Sequence record: CP121101.1
Length of the DNA: 64,000 nucleotides
Origin: a plasmid
Reading direction: 5' to 3' (one strand)
Shown: positions 33,734 to 46,111 of the stretch, piece by piece
Layout: the number at the start of each line of letters is the position of its first letter
Position numbering within the stretch: the stretch's first letter is position 1
Made by a program: the position numbers and the translations under genes
Notes under the pieces: model-generated
Told to the model about the DNA's origin: nothing
Databases searched by the model: none
What the model saw: the letters and a program-made list of their open reading frames with translations, nothing else

Positions 33734-34092
33734 GGCAATGCCTCCTCGTGCGCCCGCTCGGCTGGCATGGAGGCCAGTTGCGCGTCCAGATGGGCCAACG
33801 CCGCGCGCCGCCGCTCGACCAACTGGCGCAGCACGGCAAGCTGCGCTGCGGCTTGTGCGCCGTCCGCTGCGTCGAGCGCACGGCACAGCCGCGCCAGGGC
33901 ATCCAGGCCGATACCCGCCTCGAAGGCCGCGCGCACGAAGCACAGCCGTTGCAAGGCCGCATCGTCGAACACGCCGTAGCCGCCCGTGGTGCAGGCCACC
34001 GGCCGTAACAAGCCGCGCACCAGGTAGTCGCGCACGATATGTACGCTCACCCCAGCGTTATGGGCCAGTTGCGATACCGTGTAGGCGCTCAT
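33730..34092 (-). CDS. merD: MerD co-regulator (121 aa)
   Basis: [40 protein letters not shown]... Confidence 0.95.
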   Translation of the reverse strand: MSAYTVSQLAHNAGVSVHIVRDYLVRGLLRPVACTTGGYGVFDDAALQRLCFVRAAFEAGIGLDALARLCRALDAADGAQAAAQLAVLRQLVERRRAALAHLDAQLASMPAERAHEEALP

Positions 34093-34109
34093 CGCACACC
34101 TCCTTGTCC

Positions 34110-35855
<1,746 letters not shown>

Positions 35856-36278
35856 TCACAAGCGCTTGGCGGGGAGTTCGCAGCCGTCCGGTCCGCAACG
35901 GCGATGCGCCGGCGACACGAAGTCCCAGATCGACACCCCAATCATCAAGGCCAGGCCGACGTACATCAGGTTCGCCGTCCACCAGTTGCCGAGCAGCCAG
36001 ACCGTGGCCGCAAACACGATGGCCGGGCCGATCATGCCGAGCAGACTGCGCAGCCATTGCCGATGACTGAACCAACCCAGCGCGTTCGCCAGGAAGGCCA
36101 GCGCGGCAAACAGCGGCAGCAGGCGGCTGATGAACAGTCCCTCGTACTGGCTCAAGAAGCCCAGCCCGATGGCCGCGCCGAAGCTGGCGAGGGCTGGAAA
36201 GCAGGCGGCGCAGCCCATCGCGGAAACGACGCTGCCGAGCGCGCCGGTTTTATCGGCAATGCGTGTCATCAGTCCCAT
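35856..36278 (-). CDS. merC: MerC inner-membrane mercury transporter (140 aa)
   Basis: MGLMTRIADKTGALGSVVSAMGCAACFPALASFGAAIGLGFLSQYEG... Confidence 0.95.
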   Translation of the reverse strand: MGLMTRIADKTGALGSVVSAMGCAACFPALASFGAAIGLGFLSQYEGLFISRLLPLFAALAFLANALGWFSHRQWLRSLLGMIGPAIVFAATVWLLGNWWTANLMYVGLALMIGVSIWDFVSPAHRRCGPDGCELPAKRL

Positions 36279-36313
36279 GAAGCGGCTCTCGCTGTTGTCG
36301 TTGGCTTGCTGGC

Positions 36314-36589
36314 TCACTGCTTGACGCTGGACGGATAGCCGGCGTCTGCGGTGGCCTTGGTCAGCTTCTGTACGCTGGCCTTGGTGTCGTCAAAAGTGAC
36401 GACGGCCTCGCGCTTCTCGAAGCCCACATCGACCTTGCTCACGCCTTCGACCTTGGAGAGCGCTTTCTTGACTGTGATCGGGCAGGCGGCGCAAGTCATG
36501 CCGGGAACCGCTAGCGTGACGGTCTGGGTAGCGGCCCACACCGGGGCAACAGCGGCGGCGAGGGCAAGGGAGGCAAACAGTTTCTTCAT
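36314..36589 (-). CDS. merP: MerP periplasmic mercury-binding protein (91 aa)
   Basis: MKKLFASLALAAAVAPVWAATQTVTLAVPGMTCAACPITVKKA... Confidence 0.95.
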   Translation of the reverse strand: MKKLFASLALAAAVAPVWAATQTVTLAVPGMTCAACPITVKKALSKVEGVSKVDVGFEKREAVVTFDDTKASVQKLTKATADAGYPSSVKQ

Positions 36590-36602
36590 GATGAACTCCT
36601 GG

Positions 36603-36953
36603 TTAATAGAAAAATGGAACGACATAGGGAAATCCAAGCGCGACCAGGACCAGCACGGCCACGATCCAGAAAATCAGCTTGTAGGTGGCGCGCACCTGCG
36701 GAATCGCGCAGACCTCACCTGGCTTGCATGCCTGCACGGGCCGGTAAATCCGCTTCCAGGCGAAGAACAGCGCCACTAGCGCCGCGCCGATGAACAACGG
36801 TCGATAGGGTTCCAGCACCGTCAGGTTGCCGATCCAAGCACCGGAGAAGCCCAGGGCGACCAGTACTAGCGGCCCCAGGCAGCAGGTCGATGCAAGAATG
36901 GCGGCCAGCCCGCCGGCGAAGAGCGCACCGCGCCCGTTTTGTGGTTCAGACAT
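36603..36953 (-). CDS. merT: MerT mercury transport protein (116 aa)
   Basis: [40 protein letters not shown]... Confidence 0.95.
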
Positions 36954-36984
36954 ACGTTGGCCCTTTTGAATTTGGATTGGATAG

Positions 36985-37020
36985 CGTAACCTTACTTCCG
37001 TACTCATGTACGGAGTCAAG
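36985..37020 (-). promoter_or_regulatory. mer operator/promoter: PmerT -35 TTGACT, 19-bp spacer holding the MerR dyad TCCGTAC-N4-GTACGGA, -10 TAAGGT
   Basis: cttgactccgtacatgagtacggaagtaaggt on the minus strand. Confidence 0.85.
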
Positions 37021-37024
37021 CGAT

Positions 37025-37459
37025 ATGGAAAATAATTTGGAAAACCTGACCATTGGCGTTTTTGCCAAGGCGGCCGGGGTCAACGTGGAGACAATCCGCT
37101 TCTATCAGCGCAAGGGCCTGTTGCGGGAACCGGACAAGCCTTACGGCAGCATCCGCCGCTATGGGGAGGCGGACGTGGTTCGGGTGAAATTCGTGAAATC
37201 GGCACAGCGGCTGGGGTTCAGTCTGGACGAGATTGCCGAGCTGTTGCGGCTCGACGATGGCACCCACTGCGAGGAGGCCAGCAGCCTGGCCGAACACAAG
37301 CTCAAGGACGTGCGCGAGAAGATGGCCGACTTGGCGCGCATGGAAACCGTGCTGTCTGAACTCGTGTGCGCCTGCCATGCACGAAAGGGGAATGTTTCCT
37401 GCCCGTTGATCGCGTCACTACAGGGCGAAGCAGGCCTGGCAAGGTCAGCTATGCCTTAG
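37025..37459 (+). CDS. merR: MerR Hg(II)-responsive regulator (144 aa)
   Basis: [51 protein letters not shown]... Confidence 0.97.
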
Positions 37460-37492
37460 CGTGCTTTATTTTCCGTTTTCTGAGGTGCCCCC
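37455..37492. repeat. Tn21 IRmer, 38-bp terminal inverted repeat
   Basis: Reverse complement of GGGGGCACCTCAGAAAACGGAAAATAAAGCACGCTAAG; followed by the TGGAA duplication at 37493..37497. Confidence 0.9.
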
Positions 37493-37497
37493 TGGAA

Positions 37498-37690
37498 GAG
37501 CGAGGTTTTCATAGGTTTCGCTGGGCACATAGCTACATAGGGAATCGCCTGATTTGACAGAATTCAGAAGATCCTGGTACGCAGATAGCCACTGTTGTTT
37601 ATCAATATGTGGGAATACTTGAGCCATCGCATGAGCGAGTAGCACATCATCGATTGCTTGGTTCATGAATTGGACCTCGTTGCATCTGGG
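37498..37690 (-). pseudogene. 5' portion of the gene interrupted by Tn21-like insertion (MNQAIDDVLLAHAMAQVFPHIDKQQWLSAYQDLLNSVKSGDSLCSYVPSETYENL...)
   Basis: The ORF runs into IRmer; the frame resumes at 11148 after the transposon. Confidence 0.55.
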
Positions 37691-38070
37691 CTTTACGCCC
37701 GGGTTGGTGTTGGTCACGAGTGGCACATTGCGGACCGAGTGCCATAAGACAGCCTTGGGCTGTTTCTGCATGTGCGCTGACGCCGGAGAAATACCGGTGA
37801 ACGGACATGCAGAATCAGCCAACGAGGGCTTGGGTGATAGATCACAGGTGGGGGTACCTGCAGAGTGCAGGGAGAGTTGAAGTTGGTGCCTGGCCGGACG
37901 GCCTGTCCCCACGTGGGCACCGAGGACAACCGCAGGATACCGAATATCATGAATGGGAGCAACAGCATCAACTCAGGTTGCGGCTGGCGACCTGATTACC
38001 TAAGCAAGGCAAAGCAGCAATGTATGGGGGGCACTGACCCCCTACAAATGTGCAGAGTTCCCTGATCGAA

Positions 38071-38964
38071 TTAGCCACCCCTCAAGGTTGCCATCCACCG
38101 CTGTGCCTGCGCCACCAGTATCCCTCCGCCGGCGCTCTCCAGGATCGTCCGCACACTGCCGACCACGGCGCCAATCACTGACCATTTTGGGTTAGGGGAG
38201 GCGGCCTGGGCCTTGAGGGTATCCAGATCGGCCTGCAGCTCTGCACACGCCTCTCCCTGCAGTTGCCCTTGCGCGACCACCTGCTGCAGCCACGGCAACA
38301 AAGCCGCCAGCGCCTCGGACTTCTGCTCGCCTGTCACCGTCTGCTGTTGTTGGCCGCCGGGCGAGCCCAACATCATTTGACCTCCGATGACATCCCCCCC
38401 AATGAAAATATTGGTCACCGATTCCGCCTGCTTCTGCTCCTGGGTGGTAAAGCTCATCCCTTCACCTTGGATCCCCAACTCATCCAGATCGAGTGCCCAT
38501 TCAAGGACCTTAGTACGCACCGCACCGATCAAACGCTGGACCTGATTTGCTCCAAATCGAACTTGTGGTGCGATTGGCATTTTATAGAGAGCCGCTACCA
38601 TCTTCGATTGAGACGGGTCCATGGGCAACACTACATATTCTGTCCCTGAAGCCAATGGTTCCACTCCATCAATGGGATAATAGAAGGGACATGTTGTCAT
38701 CACCTCGTGAAGCTCTGCATTCAGGACCGGTAGCAGCACAAGACCTTTCCCCGGGTTAATGGCGTACAGTTGCCCCGTCAAAATCCGGTACTGAGGGATA
38801 ACAGCCGACTCTGGGTAGCCATCAAGTTCGTTTTTGATCCAGCTAACCCAGTCAGGCTGCTTGAGCTTACGTGCGGCCACCAGTGCGTTTCGCAGTAGAT
38901 CGGTTGTCTTGACTTCGGGATTACTGGCTATGGTGATGAGCTGAGGGATAAGGGCGGGCATCAA
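38071..38964 (-). CDS. Array paralog U8: AbiTii-like N-terminal domain protein with conserved Gln-rich/glycine-zipper C-terminus (297 aa, intact)
   Basis: N-terminus MPALIPQLITIASNPEVKTTDLLRNALVAARKLKQPDWVSWIKNELDGYP; C-terminus ...GQQQQTVTGEQKSEALAALLPWLQQVVAQGQLQGEACAEL...KWSVIGAVVGSVRTILESAGGGILVAQA. Confidence 0.7.
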   Translation of the reverse strand: MMPALIPQLITIASNPEVKTTDLLRNALVAARKLKQPDWVSWIKNELDGYPESAVIPQYRILTGQLYAINPGKGLVLLPVLNAELHEVMTTCPFYYPIDGVEPLASGTEYVVLPMDPSQSKMVAALYKMPIAPQVRFGANQVQRLIGAVRTKVLEWALDLDELGIQGEGMSFTTQEQKQAESVTNIFIGGDVIGGQMMLGSPGGQQQQTVTGEQKSEALAALLPWLQQVVAQGQLQGEACAELQADLDTLKAQAASPNPKWSVIGAVVGSVRTILESAGGGILVAQAQRWMATLRGG

Positions 38965-39203
38965 TGCGCTCCTGGGCGATATTGGGCCCTATTGTACCCG
39001 GGTTCGGTGGTTTGGATTGCAGGATTGCAAGCGGCAGGATCCCGGCCGCCCTCATGGCCAGCGGTTGGCTCACGTTGACCGGTCACCCAGCCGGCAAACG
39101 CGGCAGTTTACCCGTTCCGCAGGTGCTGCTAGAACCAACGCAAAACGACAAAAAATGCGGAGCTAAATGCTAAACGGTGATCCTCACTGGGTTGGTTGGT
39201 ATA

Positions 39204-39219
39204 CTGTGTTTTTATACAG
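39204..39219 (+). promoter_or_regulatory. LexA (SOS) box CTGTgtttttatACAG upstream of umuD
   Basis: Match to the gamma-proteobacterial CTGT-N8-ACAG consensus 10 bp upstream of the umuD start. Confidence 0.75.
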
Positions 39220-39228
39220 CAACCAGAG

Positions 39229-39660
39229 ATGACCAGCATGTTTGCTCAACCCGCCCCTAATGCTCCCTTGCTGGAGATCCCCCTGTTTCTCTCCCCTGTA
39301 GCCTGCGGCTTTCCGTCCCCGGCGCAGGATTACACCGAGCAAACCATAGACCTTAATCTGCTGTGCGTGGCGCACCCGGCGGCCACCTACTTTGTGCGGG
39401 CGGCCGGTGACAGTATGGTCGACCACGGGATCCGCGATGGCGACCTGCTGGTCGTGGACCGCAGTCGCAAGGCGCGCCACGGTAGCGTGGTGGTCGCCGC
39501 GGTCGATGGTGAGTTCACCGTGAAGCAGCTGCAGCTTGATCCCACTGTGGCCTTGCTCCCTGGCAACCCGGCCTATCGGCCTATCCATTTCAGTGAGGGG
39601 CAGGAGCTGGAAATCTTCGGGGTGGTGTCCTTTATCGTGCATCAGGTGGATGCCCCATGA
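39229..39660 (+). CDS. umuD: UmuD, LexA-like self-cleaving subunit of DNA polymerase V (143 aa)
   Basis: [10 protein letters not shown]...[25 protein letters not shown]...; ATGA overlap with umuC. Confidence 0.85.
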   Translation: MTSMFAQPAPNAPLLEIPLFLSPVACGFPSPAQDYTEQTIDLNLLCVAHPAATYFVRAAGDSMVDHGIRDGDLLVVDRSRKARHGSVVVAAVDGEFTVKQLQLDPTVALLPGNPAYRPIHFSEGQELEIFGVVSFIVHQVDAP

Positions 39661-40936
39661 ACAAGTGCTGCACCGTCGCCCTGGTGGACGTGAACAACTT
39701 CTACGCTAGCTGCGAGCGGCTGTTTCGGCCCGACCTTAAGGGGCGGCCAATAGTCGTGCTCTCGAACAACGATGGCTGCGTGGTAGCCCGTTCGGCAGAG
39801 GCCAAAGCGCTCGGCATCAAGATGGGAGTGCCGTACTTTCAGATCCGTCAATTCTTCGAGGCTATGGGCGGGGTCTGGTTTTCCAGCAATTATGCCCTTT
39901 ATGGCGACATGTCGAACCGGGTGATGACCATTTTGGAGGGGATGGCCCCGGCGGTGGAGGTCTACAGCGTTGACGAGGCCTTTATCGAGTGAGCGAACGC
40001 TGGGCGGGCGACTTGGTGGCCTATGGCCACCAAGTCCGCGAGCGGGTGCAGCAGTGGACCGGGCTGACCGTGGGGGTCGGCATCGGCCCCACCAAGACGC
40101 TCGCCAAGCTCGCCAACTACGCCGCCAAGAAGTGGCCCGCCACGGGCGGTGTGGTCGATCTGCGGGATGAAGGACGCCGCGTCAGGCTGATGGCGATCAC
40201 CCCGGTAGACGAGGTATGGGGTATTGGTCGGCGGCTCACCGCCAAGCTGGAGACCCAGGGCATCAAGACCGTGGCGGAACTGGTCGCCGCCGACCCCAAG
40301 AGCCTGCGCCGCCGCTATGGCGTGGTGGTCGAGCGCACGGTGCAGGAACTGCGGGGGATACCCTGCGCTGAGCTGGTGCAAGTGGCCCAGGCCAAACAGC
40401 AGATTATCTGCTCGCGTTCGTTTGGGGAGCGCATCACCCAGATCGGCCCCATGCATCAGGCTCTGGCGGGTTACATGGAGCGGGCCGCCGAGAAATTGCG
40501 AGGGGAGGGGATGTGCTGCCGCCATGTCACCCTGTTCATTCGCACCAGCCCATTCAGCGACCGGGAGCCCTATTACGGCAACCAGGTGAGCAGCAGGCTG
40601 GTCATGCCCACCCATGACACCCGGGCGCTGCTGGCTCTTATCCCCGAGCTACTCCCCCGCATCTGGCGTGACGAGCAGCGTTATCAGAAGGGAGGCGTGA
40701 TGCTGGCCGACTTCACCCCCGCCAACATGCAACAGGGCGACCTGTTCGCAGCTGAGCTGCAATCTCCGCGCAGTGAGGCGCTGATGCAGGTCATCGACAA
40801 GATCAATCAGGGGAGGCTTGGTAAAGTCTTCTTCGCGGCCCGAGGCCAAGAGAACAGAGAATGGATGATGAAGCGAGAGCAGTTGAGCCCTCGTTATACC
40901 ACTGCCCTACATGAATTGCCGATCGCAATGACATAA
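39657..40936 (+). CDS. umuC: UmuC, Y-family DNA polymerase V catalytic subunit; apparent frameshift near 39990 (ORFs 39657..39992 and 39989..40936)
   Basis: [46 protein letters not shown]...; combined ~425 aa. Confidence 0.85.
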
Positions 40937-41058
40937 CCATGATTTTGAGTGATGAGGGGAAAAACCATTCCACTAAAGATGAGTTATTTCCTCCTTCTTC
41001 GGCTGTTTTCCCAAAATGCAAAGCGGACTGTCGCCCCGCCCATGAATCCGGCTATCAA

Positions 41059-41936
41059 TCAGCTACCGGTCAAGATAGCCAGCCACCCCAGCGCTTGTGC
41101 CGAAAGCACTCCTCCGGCGCCTTCCAGGATCGCCCGCACACTGTTGGCCAAGGTTCCAATCAACGGCCAGCTCGGCGTGGGGGCGTCGGCCTGCGCCTGC
41201 AGGGCTGCATGCTTGGCCTGCAAATCGGCGTGTGCCGATACCGATAGCGTTCCCTCGGCGTTCACCTGCTGGAGCCAGGCCAGCAAGAAGACAGAGCATC
41301 GGTCTTTTGCTCGCCGGACACTGTCTGCTGTTGATGGCCCCCGGGCGAGTTCAGCTGAATTTGAACACCAGTCGCATTCCCTCCGATGTGTATGCTCACC
41401 GGCGCCACCTGCCGTTCTTGCGGAGTGACGCTCATGCTGTCCCCCTGAACACCGGAAGCGGCCAAAGCGAGTGCCCAGTCTAGCACCCGCTCCTGCACCG
41501 CCGCGATGAGGGCCCGCATCTGGACCGTCGGCATACAAATCTCCACCTCCCGTTCGGTACCGATTTCGGCCATCAGCAAGCTCATGAGCTCAGGGGGGAA
41601 TCGGACCCTCAGTGCTTTGCCGGTTGCGGCCAGCTCAGCCAGCTCGCTTGCGGGCAGCGAGAGCGGGCAAGTTTGCCACTGTACCGCCCGCTCGGTGTTG
41701 GCAACTGACAGCAAGTGGTGGGACCCTGCCTGCCAGTACGCCAGATTCCCGCGCCGCTGGCGATAACGGGGCACACCGCAGCCGTCAGGATAGCCCTGTA
41801 GCTCATGGTCAAGCCAGATGATTGCCTCGGGCTGTTGGAGCAGACGTGCCACCACCTTTGCCATGCGCAGCAACTTAGTGATTTCAACGTTCGGATCGCT
41901 GGCCAGGGTGATGAGTTCGGGAACATGGGCAGGCAT
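41059..41936 (-). CDS. Array paralog U7, AbiTii-like; apparent frameshift near 41280 (ORFs 41262..41936 and 41059..41538)
   Basis: MPAHVPELITLASDPNVEITKLLRMAKVVARLLQQPEAIIWLDHELQGYPDG...; conserved C-terminus in the second frame. Confidence 0.6.
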
Positions 41937-42029
41937 GGGGTGCTCCTGGGCAATAGTGGGGGCCTATTGTACCCGGTTTCGGTCGTGCGGGTTGTAGTGC
42001 TACAAGCGGAGAGGATCCGCTCCGGGTCA

Positions 42030-42058
42030 AAAAAAAGGGAGGCCGAAGCCTCCCTCCA
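42030..42058 (-). terminator. Rho-independent terminator (GGGAGGC-TTCG-GCCTCCC plus T8 on the minus strand)
   Basis: aaaaaaaagggaggccgaagcctccc read on the plus strand. Confidence 0.6.
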
Positions 42059-42498
42059 AAAAGTCACTTTTTGAACCAGTTTCACTGGCCTACGTGTAGG
42101 TGAAAGTGAAGAGAAATCTTCACTTGATACACGCAGATCAGCATCAAACCGCTAGCGATAATCATGCTTGATAGCATATCGATCTCCATATCAAATCAGG
42201 TGAATCCGTTCACCTGAGGGTTATTGGCCTCCTGGCTAGCCATAAGACTCGCTCTTGTGCCCGTGTTGACATTATACACCCTGCCCCCCAACATTTTTCA
42301 TAAATTCATGATAAATCATGTAGATAATATATAATTCTCACGCTGGTATCACTCGCCCCCAATACTTGACCAGCCCTGTTTATCTACGAAGTATTCCCCG
42401 CGTCCACAATATGGGCTGCACCAGTTGATCTGGCTTGTATCTCGCAACGCCACCCGCCGCACGAAGAAAACGTGGCCTGCTGCCTCTGCCGGACTAGC

Positions 42499-43356
42499 TC
42501 AGTGGCCGTTAAGGGTTGCCAGCCACTTCAGCACCAGTTCGCTCAGAACCCCGCCGCCGGCTCCTTCCAGAATCGCCGCAACAGTGCTGGCCACCGCAGC
42601 GATCACCGGCCATTTCCACTTGGGGGCGGCGGTCTGGGCCTTGATAGTATCCAGCTCGCTCTGAAGCACATTGCCGTTTGCCAGCTGCAGTGGCTTCTCC
42701 TGCGCCACCCCAGGCTGGTCCGTAGCCTTCTGCCCGCCGGTGATGGTTTGCTGTTGCTGGCCCCCGGGCGAGCTCACCATCAGTTGACCACCGTTGAACC
42801 CGCCCTCGATGCGAATGGTAACCGGCGCCAGCGGCTGGGGCGAGGAGGGCATTTCGTCCCCCTCGATCCCGGCCTCAACCAAGTCGAGCACCCAGGTCAA
42901 CAGTTGGTCCCGGACCGCATCAACAAGTGCGCGGATCTGATTGCCGCCAACCACCCGTACCGGCTCCATTGAGATATTCAGGTCTTGCATCAGCATGGCC
43001 ATCATCTCCGGCGGGAGAACCATGCTCACATTTTTCCCGGGAATAGCCACGTCTTCCAACCCGCTGATGGGCTGACCAATGCTGCATGTCGAGACAGCTT
43101 CTGCGAATTCAGGGTGGTCGATGATGATGGGGATCAGCCCTCGAAAGGGATTCCGAGCTTTCAATTCACAGCGTATGACACGATAGGAGGGCAGCTTGGC
43201 ATCATCCGGATAGCCCCGCAGCTCATGGTCGATCCAGGTAGCCCACTCAGCCTGTTTTAGCATACGGGCGACCACCTTGGCCTTGCGGAGCAGATCGGTG
43301 GTCTTAACTGCCGGATCACCGGCCAGGGCAATCAGGTCAGATAGCGAGGTGGACAT
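42499..43356 (-). CDS. Array paralog U6, AbiTii-like (intact, ~285 aa)
   Basis: MSTSLSDLIALAGDPAVKTTDLLRKAKVVARMLKQAEWATWIDHELRGYPDD...KWKWPVIAAVASTVAAILEGAGGGVLSELVLKWLATLNGH. Confidence 0.7.
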   Translation of the reverse strand: MSTSLSDLIALAGDPAVKTTDLLRKAKVVARMLKQAEWATWIDHELRGYPDDAKLPSYRVIRCELKARNPFRGLIPIIIDHPEFAEAVSTCSIGQPISGLEDVAIPGKNVSMVLPPEMMAMLMQDLNISMEPVRVVGGNQIRALVDAVRDQLLTWVLDLVEAGIEGDEMPSSPQPLAPVTIRIEGGFNGGQLMVSSPGGQQQQTITGGQKATDQPGVAQEKPLQLANGNVLQSELDTIKAQTAAPKWKWPVIAAVASTVAAILEGAGGGVLSELVLKWLATLNGH

Positions 43357-43535
43357 CGAGGTGCTCCTGGGCGACAAGGGAGGTCCAGTGTACCCGATCT
43401 GGCCCGGTCAGTTGCAACGCTGCAAGCGGGTCGGATACAGCCGGTCCGCTCTGGCTGGATTTGAGCTTGGCTTTGTCCGTTGGCCCCAGTATGCAAAGCG
43501 GGGCCGCAGCCCCGCTCATACCCCGACGATAGCGA

Positions 43536-44410
43536 TCAGCCGCCGCTCAAGCTGGCCAGCCACTTCAGCACCAGCTCGCTCAGCACCCCGCCGCCGGCGC
43601 CTTGCAGCACGGCCAGCACGCTACTACCGGCCAGCACGACGATCAGCGGCCATTTCCGCTTGGCGGTGGCGGCCTGGGGCTTGAGGGTGTTCTGCTCGCT
43701 CTGCCGCGTGTCGCGGTCTGCCGGCTGCCGTGGTGCATCCGCGCTCCCCTGCGCCAACCCGGACGGGCCCGCGGCCTTCTGCTCGCCGGTGACGGTTTGC
43801 TGTTGCTGGCCTCCCGGCGAGCTCACCATGACTTGGCCACCGTGGAACCCGCCCTCGATGTGAACGGTCACCGGCGCCAACGGCTGGGGTGGGGAGGGCA
43901 TCCCGTCCCCCTCGATCCCGGCCTTGGCCAGCTCGAGTGCCCAGTCCAACACCTTGTCACGGACTTGAGCTACGACGGCCTCAGTTGGGATGCGTCCAGT
44001 TGATGCACGACCTGGTACTGATCGCGGGCTTTCGCTGACAAGCCATCGTAAACGCGATGCCCAGAGGGGAGTTGCACATAGAGGGTGCCTTGTGACCCCA
44101 GCGCCTCCAACTTGCTGATCGAATCAAAACAGAGGTGAGCCTGAGCGGGAATCTCACCGTCAGTTTGGAACGTAAACAGATCAGTCAATTCGCCTGTCTG
44201 GACATCCCGCAGGTACACCGGGGCACGGATAAAACGGTATAGAGGAAGAGGATCTGACTCACGGTAGCCCCGCAGCTCCAGGTCGATCCAGGCTAACTGG
44301 TCGGATAGCTGGCACCGGTGGGCGATCACCTTGGCCTTGCGCAGCAGATCGGCTGTCTTGACGGCCGGATCGCTGGCCTGGGCGATGAGTTCAGGGAGTG
44401 GGGCGGGCAT
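43536..44410 (-). CDS. Array paralog U5, AbiTii-like; apparent frameshift near 43952..43970
   Basis: MPAPLPELIAQASDPAVKTADLLRKAKVIAHRCQLSDQLAWIDLELRGY...; conserved C-terminus in the 43536..43952 frame. Confidence 0.6.
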
Positions 44411-44587
44411 CCAGGCGCTCCTAGGCGACAAAAGAGCCCCAGTGTACCCGATTTGGCCTGCGCGATTGCAGCGCTGCAAGCGCGGGGCGGACCCCGCTCG
44501 CCCTCGCTGACCCGATTGGGGGTGGGCTTTGGCCGCTGACCAAGAAAGCAAAGCGGGGCCGCAGCCCCGCCCATGCCCCGATACCGC

Positions 44588-45489
44588 TCAGCTACCGGTC
44601 AAGGTTGCTAGCCACCCCATCGCCTGCGCCGCCAGCACTCCGCCGCCAGCGCCTTCCAGAATTGCCCGCACACTCCCGGCCACGGCACCGATCACCGGCC
44701 ATTTGGGGTTGTGGGAGGCAGCCTGGGCCTTGAGCGTATCCATCTCGACCTGCAGCTCCGCGCACATCTCCCGCTGCAGTTGCCCTTGTGCGATCACCTG
44801 CGCCAGCCACGGCAACAATGCCGCCAGGGCGGCCTCTTTCTGCGCACTTGTCACCGTCTGCTGTTGTTGGCCACCGGGCGAGTCCTGCATAAACTGAAAA
44901 CCGGTCGCATTCCCCCCGATGTGAATGTTCACCGGCGCTAGCTGCTTGGCCTGCTGCTGTTCCTGTGGGGTGAAACTCATGCTTCCCCCTGGATCCCTGC
45001 ATCAGCCAGGTCAAGCGCCCAGCCAAGCACCTTGTCTCTGATCAGTTCAAGGAGTCCGCGCAGTTGGCTGGTTGCCAGTACGACCTCCGGTGTCATTGGC
45101 ATATCCCCCTGCATTGCCATAATTTCCGCAGCAACGTTTGGAGGAAACAAGTACCTGACAATCCCATGCTCAGCGGTCGCCAACACTTCCAGCTCGCCGA
45201 CCGGTTTGACAAACCGACAGGTTGATAATGATTCGATCAGCCCCGGAGAGTCGGACATAAGCGGGATCAGTCCCCGAATGGGATTTCTTACCTTCAATTC
45301 TCCCCGTAGCAACCGGTAGGGCGGTAACTCAACACCATCGGGATAGCCCTGCAGCTCATAGTTGATCCAGGCAGCCCATTCCGGCTGCTTTAGCTGACGT
45401 GCGGCCACCCATGCCTTGCGTAGCAGGTCGGCGGTCTTGATGGTCGGATCGCTGGCCATGGCGATGAGTTCAGGGATAAGGGCGGGCAT
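44588..45489 (-). CDS. Array paralog U4, AbiTii-like; apparent 1-nt homopolymer deletion at ~44978 (QGEA* then MSFTPQ)
   Basis: MPALIPELIAMASDPTIKTADLLRKAWVAARQLKQPEWAAWINYELQGYPDG...; C-terminus in ORF 44588..44980. Confidence 0.65.
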
Positions 45490-45665
45490 TGATGCGTTCC
45501 TGGGCAAAATGGGAGCCCCCATTGTACCCGTTTTCGGTCGTGCGGATTGCAGTGCTGCAAACGGCAGGATCCCGGCTCCTCGCTGGCCCGATTTTGGGCG
45601 GGCTTGAGCCGCTGACCAAGAAAGCAAACGCCCCGCATAAGCAGGGCGTGATCTGGGCACCATCG

Positions 45666-45944
45666 TTACAGGCCGTACTGGCCCACCTCGTGGATCCATT
45701 TTGTATCGTCATTGCCTGGCCGAGCCGCGGTATACCCTGCCCAACAGAAGAACAGCAGGGCGCCTATCACCAGCAACACCTGCACAACCGTGAACCCCGC
45801 TCTGGCGCCATAACGATTTTTTTTCAACGCATCCAGTATCCAGATCCCAGCGGCAACAAACAGCAGGATCAGCAGCGCTGTCATGCCCTCCTGTCTGATC
45901 CCCGCGATCAGCATCTTCAACGCATCCCAAACCCAAACCATCAT
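45666..45944 (-). CDS. Small two-helix membrane protein (~92 aa), paralog of 47193..47471
   Basis: MMVWVWDALKMLIAGIRQEGMTALLILLFVAAGIWILD...VQVLLVIGALLFFCWAGYTA; followed by a hairpin terminator. Confidence 0.55.
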   Translation of the reverse strand: MMVWVWDALKMLIAGIRQEGMTALLILLFVAAGIWILDALKKNRYGARAGFTVVQVLLVIGALLFFCWAGYTAARPGNDDTKWIHEVGQYGL

Positions 45945-46111
45945 GTCACCCTCCAGAACTACCAAGCCACGCCGTTTAGCGCAAAATATACTGTATCCAT
46001 ATACAGTCTCGCAAGCGTACCATGCCGCCCCGCTCGAGCGCACCACCGACCATCCTCCCTTGTCGAGTGAGCGGCGGGATCAGCGCAGCGCGGCAGCCGT
46101 CCCCCGCGCTA

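Noticed and set aside
37500-38070. tRNA or other integration-target gene at the array boundary
   Set aside because: No cloverleaf-compatible sequence recognised by eye; the boundary similarity with 54400..54515 is reported as a finding instead
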